The notes below the pieces were generated by a model. The model had not been told where the DNA came from. It was given only the letters and a program-made list of their open reading frames with translations, and ran no database searches. DNA of 30,416 nucleotides from a virus (Duplodnaviria > Caudoviricetes). Made by a program: the position numbers and the translations under genes. The stretch covers positions 1 to 30,416 of the IMG/VR virus record IMGVR_UViG_3300044771_000045. One strand, written 5' to 3'. Positions 15,691-24,874 of this stretch are shown one piece after another. The number at the start of each line of letters is the position of its first letter. Position 1 is the first letter of the stretch.

Positions 15691-18600
15691 TCCCGGCTCT
15701 CCTCTTTCATGATCCGGACGACGACTCTCTCTATGCCATCGCGCAGTTTCTCCACCAGCCGGCTGTCCGCGGGGGCATTGATATTGATGGGGCCGACAGA
15801 CACGCTTCTGTTATCGAAGGTGTCGCCTCCGCCGGTCGCCTGCCCTCCGCCCGCGAATGCGAACTGCGGCCTGGCCACGGGAAAGAATCCGAACCCTTGG
15901 AGGATCTCTCTCGGAACGAGCTTCCGCCGGATAGCCTCCATCACCTCGACGCCGTAGTACCGGACGGCGGGCTCCGGCTGCACGTACTCTCCGCGGGTGA
16001 GCATCGCGGGAACGTCGTCCTTCCTGCCGGAACCGGAGGTGACGGGTCCGCCTTTCACCATCCCCTTTATTGTTTGCGCTGTGATGAGAGCAATCTGCGC
16101 CGCGCCGGTAGACATGATGATCCCGGCCATGACGGGACCGAAGATCCCACCCTGTGCGAGAGCCTTCGTGACTCCCTGCGCCGTGTTAATAATCGCGTTC
16201 GCTATCGCCGCAGCCTTCTCAAGGTAGAAGAACGCCTTGATCTTCTTGCCCGATGCCTCGTAGAGGGTTCCGAAGAGCTCCTGCATGCCTGTCGCCACTT
16301 GGGAGGCCATCTGGAGCCTTAGCTGGAGCACTGCACGCTCCTGATCGGCCTGCGTCTTCAGCCGGACCATGGCCTGGTCGAATTGCGCCTTTTCCAGCGC
16401 CTCCTTCTTCGTCAGATATTCCCCGTCGATCAGGATCAGCTCGTCCTTGGATTCCTGGATCCGCTGGAGCTGCTCTGCATGCTGTCGGTCGATCTCCTCC
16501 ATCTCGACTTGCTGCTGCGCTCGCAGGCGATCAAGTTCCCCGGTCTCCGCGTCCGCCTTGAGCTGCGCAAAAGCCGCACGGATGTCGTACTTCTCCAGTT
16601 CGGTCTGGCGGATCTGGAGGACCTCGTCCCGGTTCGCCTTCTGCGTCTCGGAGAACATCTGGGTCCGGATCGCCGCGATCTTGTTCTTCGCGTCCTCGGC
16701 GGCCTTCGGATCCATGCCAGGGATCTGTGCCTCGATCGCGCCGATCTCTACATTGGCGTTCTCCTCGATGATCCGGCGACGTTCATCGAAGAAGGCTTTC
16801 GTCGAGATCAGCCCGTCCTCATAGGACGCCTGGAGTTGCGCCATGGAAAGGTCGTTGTTCGCGACGAGCTGCTCCATACCCCCCTGAGTCATCGTGGCGA
16901 ACAGCTCCTTGAAGGCGTCGGACTCGGCCTTCGTCTCCTCCGCGAGGTCTTGCGCCTCCTTGGTCCGCCGGACCTTGATCTCCGCGGTGATCTCGATCTT
17001 GCGGGCCTGCGTGACACCGGGGCGCGCGGATTCCTTCTCCAGCGCGTCGATCTCCTCATCGACCGCCTGACGAATGAGATCCCTGCGCTGCTGGTAGTAG
17101 GAGGAGACATCCACGAGCCCCTGGTCGAAGTTCCGCTTGAGATCCACCCGGGCCGCCTCGTTCGCGGCGGTGGATATGGCCAGGTCCCCCTTCTCGCGGG
17201 CCGCGAGGTTCGCCCGGGCCTGCTGGAGGGCGGTATAGAGCCCGAATTCCAGGCGAAGCTGCCGGATCACCGCGGCCAGCTTCCCGGTCATCGGTACGCC
17301 GCGTACCGTCTCCGCGATGAACGATTCCAGTGCCGCCTTCGCGCCGGCCACGGGATCGCCCAGCTGACGGATCTCCGCGCGGAGCTGTCCGAGCCTCCCT
17401 TCCAGTTTCTTGAGGGTCTCCTCGCTGGTCAGGACGGGGGGCTGAATCTTCTCCTTGTTCACGTCGCCGATCGCGCCCTGGAGGAGCTTGATCCGCTCCT
17501 TGAGCTCGTCAATCTGTTTTTTTACCTTGTCGGCCTCTGCAGCGGTACCAACGGAGAAGATATCGAGTTCCACAGACCCAGACCGCTCCATCTCGTCGAC
17601 CATCGCCCGGTATCGCTGCTCCAGAAGGGCCAGCTCGTTCGAGGTGTTCCGAAGCGTCTCTTGGAGCTCGTCGAGTTTCATCCCGCGCAGGGAGTCGGCG
17701 AACTTTTCGTGCTCCCTTGCGGCGTCCCGCGCGCCTTTCCCGAGGTATGTCCAGGCGACGGAAAGGCCGACGATCGCCGCCGTGATCCATCCGATCGGCC
17801 CGGAGAAGAAGGCGAGCGTGGCCCCGAAAGCACGCAGCGCAAGGTTCGCGATCCCGACGAGGGAGATCATGGAGGCGAGTTTCAGGAGGAACAGGGGGAT
17901 GACGACGGCGGCCATGTATCGCAAGCCTTCCGTCACGAGATGCACATTCCGCCGGAGCTCGTTTGCGCTTTTGGCCGTGTCGAGCATCCACTTCGCGACG
18001 GACTGCATGGCGGGGAGGAGCTCAACCATCAGGGCGAGGGACATTCCTCGGATGGCGTCCCCGATGTTGTTCATGGTCTTGCCGAACGCTCGAGCCTTCT
18101 TTCCAAGAGCGTCGTCGATGGCGAGCCCGGTCCGCTCCGCGTCCTTCATCCACTCGCGGAGGGCCTCGCGCCCCTTGTTCAGGAGCGGGATCATCTCGAT
18201 TCCGGAGCGGCCGAAAACTTTCAGCGCCATGGCCGTCTTCGCCGGCCCGTCCTCCATGCGGCTGAAAACGTCGGCCAGGTCGAGCATGACGTCTTCAAGC
18301 GGCCGGAGGACCCCCGGCATCGACTGGTACTCGACCTTCAACGCCTCGAAGATGGTCTTCTGATCTCCGCTTCCCTGCGAGGCTTCGAACATCGAACGGG
18401 ATAGGAACTTCAGGCCAACCGCAAGCTGATCGACGGAGATGCCGAGATCGTCGGCGGCTTCCGCGAGCAACGAAAGGGACCTTACGGGGACTCCGACCTT
18501 CTCTGCCATCTTGGAGAGTTTTGACACGTGGCTCGTGGCATCGGTGATGGCTTTCGTGAGCTTGTATCCGAGGGCCGTCAGGGTGATCCCGCCCAGAATC

Positions 18601-18722
18601 GACTGGACCGTGTTCTTGAACGAGGACACCATCCCCGTGCCCTTTTTTAGGCCGGCGGCAAGCTCCACCGTCTGGGCGGAGAGCTTGACGATCAGGTTCG
18701 CTATGGTCTGCTCGTTCGCCAT
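15687..18722 (-). CDS. Tape measure protein, about 1011 aa
   Basis: IANLIVKLSA N-terminus, A..MALKVFGRSG.EMIPLLN.G core, hydrophobic GPIGWI.AAI segment, long coiled coil, C-terminal GG.V.G.G..DDVPAMLT.GEYV motif. Confidence 0.95.
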   Translation of the reverse strand: MANEQTIANLIVKLSAQTVELAAGLKKGTGMVSSFKNTVQSILGGITLTALGYKLTKAITDATSHVSKLSKMAEKVGVPVRSLSLLAEAADDLGISVDQLAVGLKFLSRSMFEASQGSGDQKTIFEALKVEYQSMPGVLRPLEDVMLDLADVFSRMEDGPAKTAMALKVFGRSGIEMIPLLNKGREALREWMKDAERTGLAIDDALGKKARAFGKTMNNIGDAIRGMSLALMVELLPAMQSVAKWMLDTAKSANELRRNVHLVTEGLRYMAAVVIPLFLLKLASMISLVGIANLALRAFGATLAFFSGPIGWITAAIVGLSVAWTYLGKGARDAAREHEKFADSLRGMKLDELQETLRNTSNELALLEQRYRAMVDEMERSGSVELDIFSVGTAAEADKVKKQIDELKERIKLLQGAIGDVNKEKIQPPVLTSEETLKKLEGRLGQLRAEIRQLGDPVAGAKAALESFIAETVRGVPMTGKLAAVIRQLRLEFGLYTALQQARANLAAREKGDLAISTAANEAARVDLKRNFDQGLVDVSSYYQQRRDLIRQAVDEEIDALEKESARPGVTQARKIEITAEIKVRRTKEAQDLAEETKAESDAFKELFATMTQGGMEQLVANNDLSMAQLQASYEDGLISTKAFFDERRRIIEENANVEIGAIEAQIPGMDPKAAEDAKNKIAAIRTQMFSETQKANRDEVLQIRQTELEKYDIRAAFAQLKADAETGELDRLRAQQQVEMEEIDRQHAEQLQRIQESKDELILIDGEYLTKKEALEKAQFDQAMVRLKTQADQERAVLQLRLQMASQVATGMQELFGTLYEASGKKIKAFFYLEKAAAIANAIINTAQGVTKALAQGGIFGPVMAGIIMSTGAAQIALITAQTIKGMVKGGPVTSGSGRKDDVPAMLTRGEYVQPEPAVRYYGVEVMEAIRRKLVPREILQGFGFFPVARPQFAFAGGGQATGGGDTFDNRSVSVGPININAPADSRLVEKLRDGIERVVVRIMKEESRD

Positions 18723-19455
18723 CACCTCGCCTTTCGGGACCCCAACTTCTTAAGCTCCGCCATCTGCGCCCGGTTCATCACCGTGGGCGTACTCTTCCCG
18801 GCCTTCTGGCCGGTTTGCTTCGAACGTCCTGACAGGTGATCTAGGTACTTCTTCCACACGGCATCCGTCATCTGCGCCGCCCGAAATGCTGCGGCCGCCT
18901 CCGCGAGGTCGAAGTCAGCGTTTTTCTGCGCGGCCTCCCCGAAGACGTTGACCTGCTCTATCGTGTAGACGTGGAGCACGTCATGGAGTACGTGCCCCCT
19001 CGATACCAGAAACTCGACGGCCCGGATCAGCTCGCCTTCGCCGTCGCGAGATTTCCCGGGCCGAAGAAGTTTTTTAGGTAGTCGACGTTCTGCGTGACGA
19101 TGGAAAGGAAGAGCACCGTCGCCTTCCCGAGATCCAGTTCGCCGGCCGCCTTCTCGGAGATCCCAGCGGACACGGCGATGATCTTCGGGGCATAGGGCAG
19201 GAACTTCGGGATCAGCCCGGGCAGGACGGCGATCACCTCTTTCTGCGCCTTCGCGAAGGCATCCTTTGTATCTCCTTGCCCAGGCTCGAGGAGGTCCATG
19301 AAGTGGGAGAGGACCTCCCCGACCCCGGACTCCTTCGCGATCCCAAGCAAGTCCCCGAGCGTGGGCGCCAGCGCAACGGCCTGCGCCAGCGTCCACGGAC
19401 GGATCGTGTAGCCTTCCACTTCGACATCAGGGAACAGGATATTCTCGTCCCCCAT
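18722..19455 (-). CDS. Tail assembly chaperone, frameshift-extended form (gpGT-like)
   Basis: A -1 frame ORF (ELIRAVEFLVSRGH...YTIEQV..F) overlaps the end of the chaperone, has no obvious own start and ends with TGATG at the tape measure start. Confidence 0.78.
19027..19455 (-). CDS. Tail assembly chaperone (gpG-like), 142 aa
   Basis: Located between tail tube and tape measure genes; V.GYTIRPW N-terminus. Confidence 0.85.
   Translation of the reverse strand: MGDENILFPDVEVEGYTIRPWTLAQAVALAPTLGDLLGIAKESGVGEVLSHFMDLLEPGQGDTKDAFAKAQKEVIAVLPGLIPKFLPYAPKIIAVSAGISEKAAGELDLGKATVLFLSIVTQNVDYLKNFFGPGNLATAKAS
19051..19075 (-). promoter_or_regulatory. Programmed -1 frameshift slippery site(s)
   Basis: In-frame heptamers A-AAA-AAC (19075-19069) and G-GGA-AAT (19057-19051). 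Confidence 0.75.
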
Positions 19456-19458
19456 GGA

Positions 19459-19983
19459 CTAACTCGCGACCAGCTCTTCGATGTTGAAGAACGGGGAATC
19501 CGGATGGGCCGTCACGTCGGAGAGAATCTCCCCCTCGAAGTCGACCTTTCCCCAGTCCTCGGTGATGAACCCGACCTCGGAGGTGGGCTTCAGGCGGACG
19601 CGGTGGATCTCTGCGTTGTAGTTCGGGCCGACATCATTCGCCCCATAGAACTGGAGCCGCCCCTCGATCTGCGGCATCGTCAGCCCCTTGACGGTGTTAC
19701 CGCTCACCTCCCCGAGCATCGCCATCGCCAGGTTGTAGGCGGCATACTCATCGAGCGTGAATTTCACGGTCGCCCCGACTAGCGTTACGACCTCAAGATC
19801 CTTCTCCTTGATCCCTGTGCGGGAAGAGTAGTGCGGGAGCGTCTCGATGATCGGCTGGATCGTGAAGTTCGGTGCGTTCCCCAAGTCCTGAAGTCCGGTC
19901 GGGAGTCCGTCTGCATCCAGACGATCGAACTTGAGGATCCCTTTCCCGAGGTAATAATTCAGCGTGCTCGGTGCGGTAGGCAT
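19459..19983 (-). CDS. Major tail (tube) protein, 174 aa
   Basis: YYLGKG.L.F...DLGNAP.F...HYSSR.G...KD...FTLDE pattern; strong SD AAGGAGG; position after the terminator gene. Confidence 0.9.
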   Translation of the reverse strand: MPTAPSTLNYYLGKGILKFDRLDADGLPTGLQDLGNAPNFTIQPIIETLPHYSSRTGIKEKDLEVVTLVGATVKFTLDEYAAYNLAMAMLGEVSGNTVKGLTMPQIEGRLQFYGANDVGPNYNAEIHRVRLKPTSEVGFITEDWGKVDFEGEILSDVTAHPDSPFFNIEELVAS

Positions 19984-20022
19984 TTTCCATTCCTCCTTCG
20001 TTGGTGGGATTTACGGTTGAAA

Positions 20023-20065
20023 GGAAACAAAAAGGGCCGCCACCCCGGAGAACGGAGTGCGGCCC
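20023..20065 (-). terminator. Intrinsic terminator-like hairpin upstream of the tail tube gene
   Basis: Minus strand GGGCCGC-ACTCCG-TTCTC-CGGGGTG-GCGGCCC followed by TTTTTGTTTCC. Confidence 0.7.
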
Positions 20066-20095
20066 CTCAAACGAAAGGTATCTATCGGTTACGTG

Positions 20096-20545
20096 CTATT
20101 TCGCCTGGTCGAACGGATCCCCCCAAGCGTGTGCGTATTTCACGATGAACCTGCTGATGACAACTGCCATGAACTCGTCCACAAACTGCTTGCTCGTGCT
20201 GTTTTCTTCCTCCGATTCGATGTTGTCGACGACGAGCGCCTTGATCGAAAGGTCGGAGAGGAGCGCCTGGTAGATCAAGCAGTCGATCAGGTCCGCCTTG
20301 TCGCTTGCCTCGTCGTTGTCCGCGAAGAAGTAAGTCTCGACTTGCAGGCCGAAAGAGTTCATCGAGTACCGGTTCCTCCTCCGCTTTGACTCCGTATCGT
20401 CGTAGATCCAGACCGCCGGGAACTCGGCCGTCTCCCTCTTCGGTGGGGTCGGCTGGTTCCGCCTCACGGTGCCCACGATCGGGATCGCTTTCACCACCTC
20501 TGCGATCGCTTGGAGGATCATCGTCTTTACCGGGTCGACTACCAT
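20096..20545 (-). CDS. Tail terminator/completion protein, 149 aa
   Basis: Directly upstream of the tube gene; IL.AI...V...V.R...FPAV.IYD..E pattern typical of gpU-like proteins. Confidence 0.75.
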   Translation of the reverse strand: MVVDPVKTMILQAIAEVVKAIPIVGTVRRNQPTPPKRETAEFPAVWIYDDTESKRRRNRYSMNSFGLQVETYFFADNDEASDKADLIDCLIYQALLSDLSIKALVVDNIESEEENSTSKQFVDEFMAVVISRFIVKYAHAWGDPFDQAK

Positions 20546-20546
20546 C

Positions 20547-21182
20547 TCACGCCCCCTTCAGCCGAATTCCGATTTGCTGGAACGCCTTGATCATCCGCGG
20601 CTTCTCCCAGGCGAGGATCACTTCCGGGTGGACGCGGGACTTGATCTTGACCTGCTTGACCATCAAAAACAGGGGAACTATTTTCCCCCTGGTCTCGCCT
20701 GCATGCGCTCCCTTCTGCACAACCCGTTTCCCAAAAAGAATCAGGCCGCCCTTTTCGCCCCTGGCGAAGAACGTCTCGCCCCACATTTTTGATCTTGGAG
20801 CCCCCCTGGTCTCCAAGCTTGGCTTCATCGCGGCCTTGAGAGGAATCGCTAGAAAACCTCCGGGCTTTTTCGGCTTGATCGTGGTGACCTGCCCCTTGGG
20901 GCCCACGTGCGGGCGCGCGTACGTGGTGCCGAATCCCATCCCGGATTCGATCACCCCGGGGCGTTCGGTGACCGGCAGGGGTTTCGTCTGCGCCCGCAGG
21001 TTCCCGCTACGCACCGCGAGAATGTAGGGCCGCGGGCCGGACATATAGGTTTTCCGGGTATGCGAGGTCATGAGAACCGCTTCGGCCTTTAGGACCTTCT
21101 TCGTCTCGGATAAGACTTTCCGGGATATCTTCTGCACGGTGCCGACGAGTTTGTCGGCTCCTTCGACCTTCCCGCGGATCAC
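20547..21182 (-). CDS. Neck/tail completion protein (HK97 gp10/Mu gpG-like), 211 aa
   Basis: Start re-called at GTG 21182 (GTGA, SD GGAGG); basic; V.G...L, RSGNLR, GT.YA..H..G, I.PK...LAIPL motifs. Confidence 0.75.
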   Translation of the reverse strand: MIRGKVEGADKLVGTVQKISRKVLSETKKVLKAEAVLMTSHTRKTYMSGPRPYILAVRSGNLRAQTKPLPVTERPGVIESGMGFGTTYARPHVGPKGQVTTIKPKKPGGFLAIPLKAAMKPSLETRGAPRSKMWGETFFARGEKGGLILFGKRVVQKGAHAGETRGKIVPLFLMVKQVKIKSRVHPEVILAWEKPRMIKAFQQIGIRLKGA

Positions 21183-21733
21183 AGGCAGATCCTCCGCCGG
21201 CGGATCAACTCCGCCTCGACGTCGGGCAGCCACTCGCCGATCGCATATTTCTGGACCGTTCCGTCCGGGTAGGATACGGCAGATAGCCCAGGGTCGCTTC
21301 GGCGACGGAATTCGTAGGAGACTTGCTTCAGGAGCTTGTTCCGCAACGCCTTCGGGATGAGGTCTTCGGCATATCCACCGTCGTAGACGACCCGGATGTT
21401 CCGGTTGCCCTTGCAGAAGGTGTAGCCACTATCCTTCTTGATCTTCGCTGGCGTCGTCCCGGTGCCCGGGTAGACGGTATAGTCCTCCGACGAGACGATG
21501 ACATCGTTCTCGTAAACGGCGACGCTGGAGACGTTGAAGTGCGGAAGGTACAGTGTCGAACTTCCGCCGTCGAGATAGACCGTATGATCGTCCACCTTCT
21601 GGACGGAGGCATCCATGAACTCGTCGGCCTCCGCGAGGATCCCGGCGATGATGTCCTCCAGGAGCCCGTCGTACTTCCCAGACGTATCGACCGGTTCTCC
21701 GATCAGCGTCTTCGCGTCCATCAGCATCGTCAC
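21179..21733 (-). CDS. Head-tail connector/adaptor (HK97 gp6/SPP1 gp15-like), 184 aa
   Basis: Start re-called at GTG 21733 (GTGA, SD GAGGAGG); D.LL..II.......D, LDG.G...L.LP..V.SV, NIRV.Y.GGY...IP..L motifs. Confidence 0.85.
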   Translation of the reverse strand: MTMLMDAKTLIGEPVDTSGKYDGLLEDIIAGILAEADEFMDASVQKVDDHTVYLDGGSSTLYLPHFNVSSVAVYENDVIVSSEDYTVYPGTGTTPAKIKKDSGYTFCKGNRNIRVVYDGGYAEDLIPKALRNKLLKQVSYEFRRRSDPGLSAVSYPDGTVQKYAIGEWLPDVEAELIRRRRICL

Positions 21734-22644
21734 GAGAGCATCCTCCTCGCTTCGCGCATCACGTCTCCCGGGGAGATCGAGTTCATGCACAGGTAAACCG
21801 TGCAGGTGTAGAACATGCCCGAATACTGGCAGGGCGCGCAGCCGATCTTCGACTTTATGACCCTTGAGCTCTTGCTCACCGGACCGTTCTTGCTCGTGAG
21901 CGTCGGGCCGAAGATCGCGATTGTCGGGACCTGGAGGGCATCGGCCGCGTGCATGCAGCCGGTGTCCGTCGAGATGAACAGGTCCACCTGGGAAATCACC
22001 TTCGCGGTCTCCGTGAACCGGAGTCGCCCGCAGAAGTCCGCGTCGAGCCGCACGCCGGAAAGCTCCCCCGGACCCCCGACCCCGATCACCGATCCGCCGA
22101 ACCAGCCCTTGAGGGCATATGCCAGAGGCCCGAAGTACGGCCAATGCTTCTTCGCCCACATGCTCGACTTGAACGCGGAGTTGCACAGCCCGATGATCGG
22201 CCGCGGGAGATCGAGCACCGGGCCTTCCGCCTTCGGGACATACGGCGGCGGGGTCGGCCCACCGTAGCCGAGCGCCCGAACGAACCGCATATTCGCCTCG
22301 ATCTCATGGTGCTTCGTGATCGGCCAGTTGTCGCCTGGCCAGCGGATGCGGTTATGCTTGGTCCGTTGCTGGATGTATTTCCCGGCCTCCGACGTCTCGC
22401 ACTGGAGCGGGATGAAATAGTTGACGTACCCATTCATCGGCCCGGGATAGATGACGATCTTATCGACGAAAGGAAGTCCGCCGAGGATGTCCCGAATCGC
22501 CGGGACCCTGGAATCGTTCCACTTCTTCGCCAGGCAGACATCGATCTGCTTGCTCGGGTCCATTGAGGCGAACGCCTGAAGCGCCGGAGTCGCGACGATC
22601 AGGTTGCCGATGCCCGACTTGAAATAGGCGACGGAGCGGGTCAC
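21730..22644 (-). CDS. Glycosyltransferase family 9 (ADP-heptose heptosyltransferase, WaaF-like), 304 aa
   Basis: GIGNLIVATPAL, KKHWP.F, GG..E, DFCGRL...ETA.VI...DLFISTDTGCMHAADALQVPTIAIFGPT, C.PC...C...CM..ISP..V. Confidence 0.93.
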   Translation of the reverse strand: MTRSVAYFKSGIGNLIVATPALQAFASMDPSKQIDVCLAKKWNDSRVPAIRDILGGLPFVDKIVIYPGPMNGYVNYFIPLQCETSEAGKYIQQRTKHNRIRWPGDNWPITKHHEIEANMRFVRALGYGGPTPPPYVPKAEGPVLDLPRPIIGLCNSAFKSSMWAKKHWPYFGPLAYALKGWFGGSVIGVGGPGELSGVRLDADFCGRLRFTETAKVISQVDLFISTDTGCMHAADALQVPTIAIFGPTLTSKNGPVSKSSRVIKSKIGCAPCQYSGMFYTCTVYLCMNSISPGDVMREARRMLS

Positions 22645-22832
22645 GCACCGTCCTCCATCATCAAGCGCTGCCGCTCCATGGCAGAGCGGAAAGCAGCGGC
22701 CAAGGAGAGCTCCATGTCTTCTCGCAGGATCTTCCTCACGAGATCGGAGAATCTCTCGAAACGGATCTCCTCCGGGGCCACCTTGCCACGCCGGATCTGC
22801 TCAAGATATAGGTCGTACACCCTCGGTTTCAT
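22641..22832 (-). CDS. Small hypothetical protein, 63 aa
   Basis: ATGA and GTGA overlaps at both ends; MKPRVYDLYLEQIRRG... Confidence 0.65.
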   Translation of the reverse strand: MKPRVYDLYLEQIRRGKVAPEEIRFERFSDLVRKILREDMELSLAAAFRSAMERQRLMMEDGA

Positions 22833-23563
22833 GACCGCCTCATAAACGCCGCGTACCCGAAATGCGCCTCGGTACAGGGATGGTGCATGATGAGCTCGTA
22901 CTTCGGGTCCTGCTTCAGCTCTTCGAAGATCCACAGGCACTTGAGCGTATGGATGTCATCGAGCACGAGGTACTTTGCCCCGTAGACCGCGGCCACGTCC
23001 GCTCTGCCCGAGTACGTACCTCCGTCCACGAACGCGAGGTCGAACGTCTCCACCTGGTTGCGTCCCTTGATGAGCTCTATCCCTTTGAGGGGCAGCCTCT
23101 CCCGGAAGAAGTACGCGGCGTACCGATCCCTCTCCCGCTTGTGCCACGCCGATTCCTGCACCTGCGCCGGGGTATGGAACGGGTTCTTCGGCCAGTCCTC
23201 CCGGAAGAACCGGTCGATCTCCGCGTCGGTATAGTTCTCCTCTGGAGGCGTAGAGCAAACCTGGTAGCACTTCATGTACGATGCCCGATTCTTCGCGAGC
23301 ACGTCGTACATCTGCCGGACGGCCTCGATGCAGAAGAGACGAACCTGCGGGAAGTTCGGATTGCGCTCCAACCCCTCCCGAAGCGCCATGGTCGAGCCTC
23401 TCCCGTCGGTAGATCCAATCTCCAGAACCATCCGCACGTCTTCTCTCGACGACAGATCCACGAGTGTCTCGTACATCAATCCGGTGTGCGGGTCGCCCTT
23501 CCGGTGGTCTGGCGCGCGGGTATGCTCGTGGATCGGTTTTGCGTTCGGGGTCATGGCGTTCAA
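22829..23563 (-). CDS. Class I SAM-dependent methyltransferase (Methyltransf_24-like), about 244 aa
   Basis: VLEIGSTDGRGST motif I, LFCIE, FDLAFVDG, LVLDD. Start is TTG 23563 (TTGA overlap, SD GGGAGG) or ATG 23554. Confidence 0.85.
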   Translation of the reverse strand: MNAMTPNAKPIHEHTRAPDHRKGDPHTGLMYETLVDLSSREDVRMVLEIGSTDGRGSTMALREGLERNPNFPQVRLFCIEAVRQMYDVLAKNRASYMKCYQVCSTPPEENYTDAEIDRFFREDWPKNPFHTPAQVQESAWHKRERDRYAAYFFRERLPLKGIELIKGRNQVETFDLAFVDGGTYSGRADVAAVYGAKYLVLDDIHTLKCLWIFEELKQDPKYELIMHHPCTEAHFGYAAFMRRS

Positions 23564-24402
23564 CAAGCGATCCTCCCACGAACCGCGTTCTCCACGGCCT
23601 TCCAGAAGTCGAACGGTGCTTGGCGGAGCCACTCGCGCAGCCCGTCCGTATCGGATAGGTCACGATCCCAGGACTTGTGCCCGACCTTGTCGTTCATCAC
23701 GATATTCTTCACACCACAGAGCGCGGCCTCGAATATCACCCGCTCCCCGGCGCAGACCATGTCCGGCAGATGGACGAGCCAGCCGACGGACGAATAGAGT
23801 CCGGGCATATCCTTCAGCGGACGATGCGGGATGGAGGACGCTCTCGGTAGCTCGAAGCCGACGGATAAAAACGAGAGTTCGGGATGGTCCTCGATGTACC
23901 GGATGATCGACCGGGATATCTTCCCGCCGCGGACCCACCCCCCGACCACCAGCGCCTTCCTTGCATCCCGTTGCACTCCGGGCGTCGGACGGAACATCTC
24001 CGTCTGGATCGCCAGCGGCAGCGCGATCCCGTCGACCCCAAGCCTCGACTTGTGGTTCTCCAAGTGAGCCGGGGACAGAAACACGTTCAGGGCGGATTCC
24101 CCGAACAGGCGCTTCGCGAGGTCCGGCCGGCCGATCTCCCGGCTGTCGTGCTCGTACTTGACGTACGGCTTCCCCTTCCTCCACAGCACATCGAGAATGA
24201 CCTGCTCCTGCGGGCGGGCGAACTGGAAGAAATTATTCACGATCACGACATCGCACTCGTCAAGCACGCGCTGGTGGAAGTTCTGCGGAGTCACGCCGAC
24301 GATATCGAAGCCCAGGTTCTCTCCTGCCGCCACGACGCACCGGTTCGAGGTCTCTGCGCCACCGTGCGGCCGGGAATTATCTTGGATCCAGGCGACTCTC
24401 AC
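23560..24402 (-). CDS. GT-B glycosyltransferase (GT4-like), 280 aa
   Basis: MRVAWI...GGAE, DVVIVNN, KYEHD, VFLSP.H, I....F.P, MP.LY....LVHLP..CAG.RVIFEAALCG. Confidence 0.85.
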   Translation of the reverse strand: MRVAWIQDNSRPHGGAETSNRCVVAAGENLGFDIVGVTPQNFHQRVLDECDVVIVNNFFQFARPQEQVILDVLWRKGKPYVKYEHDSREIGRPDLAKRLFGESALNVFLSPAHLENHKSRLGVDGIALPLAIQTEMFRPTPGVQRDARKALVVGGWVRGGKISRSIIRYIEDHPELSFLSVGFELPRASSIPHRPLKDMPGLYSSVGWLVHLPDMVCAGERVIFEAALCGVKNIVMNDKVGHKSWDRDLSDTDGLREWLRQAPFDFWKAVENAVRGRIAC

Positions 24403-24596
24403 CCCTGCTCCTTCGTCTGAGACAGGCCACGCGCCGCCATGACGCGCTTCCTGTGCTCCGCGATAAACTCTTTGAGGGCCTTCTTCCGTGCTTGCTTATT
24501 AGCCGCCGTCTCTGCCTTTCTGCGAAGCGCCCCTTCCCGGTGCCACCGAGTCAGGTTCCGCAGGGAGTTCGGGTTCGCCCTCTCCGCCCACCCCAT
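24399..24596 (-). CDS. Small basic protein, 65 aa
   Basis: TGATG and GTGA coupling; MGWAERANPNS...; Arg/Lys-rich helix. Confidence 0.65.
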   Translation of the reverse strand: MGWAERANPNSLRNLTRWHREGALRRKAETAANKQARKKALKEFIAEHRKRVMAARGLSQTKEQG

Positions 24597-24874
24597 CACT
24601 TCTCCCCCCTCTTCCCGAAGATATCCTCGTGCGTGAGAGCAAAGCGATCCTTCGTCAGGTAGCCGCTTCCGTCGCCCGCGACCATGTCTTGCGTCTGGTA
24701 CTCCATCCCCTCGATGCCGGAGAGGACCTTCCACTTGCCCCGCTTTTCCCCCAGGCGGGCCCTGCGCACGGCCTCTGCGTACTCCCCGGTGATGTGCATG
24801 GTCGGCCCGTTGCGAGCCTTGAGGATCGGATCGATATTCTGGACCTGGATCATCGCGATTTTCGGCAGAGCCAT
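24596..24874 (-). CDS. Small protein following the capsid gene, 92 aa
   Basis: Start re-called at ATG 24874 with SD AGGAGG; typical post-capsid small ORF position. Confidence 0.72.
   Translation of the reverse strand: MALPKIAMIQVQNIDPILKARNGPTMHITGEYAEAVRRARLGEKRGKWKVLSGIEGMEYQTQDMVAGDGSGYLTKDRFALTHEDIFGKRGEK

Noticed and set aside
16383-18404. 673-aa plus-strand ORF
   Set aside because: Antisense shadow of the tape measure gene, expected from high-GC codon bias; no motifs.
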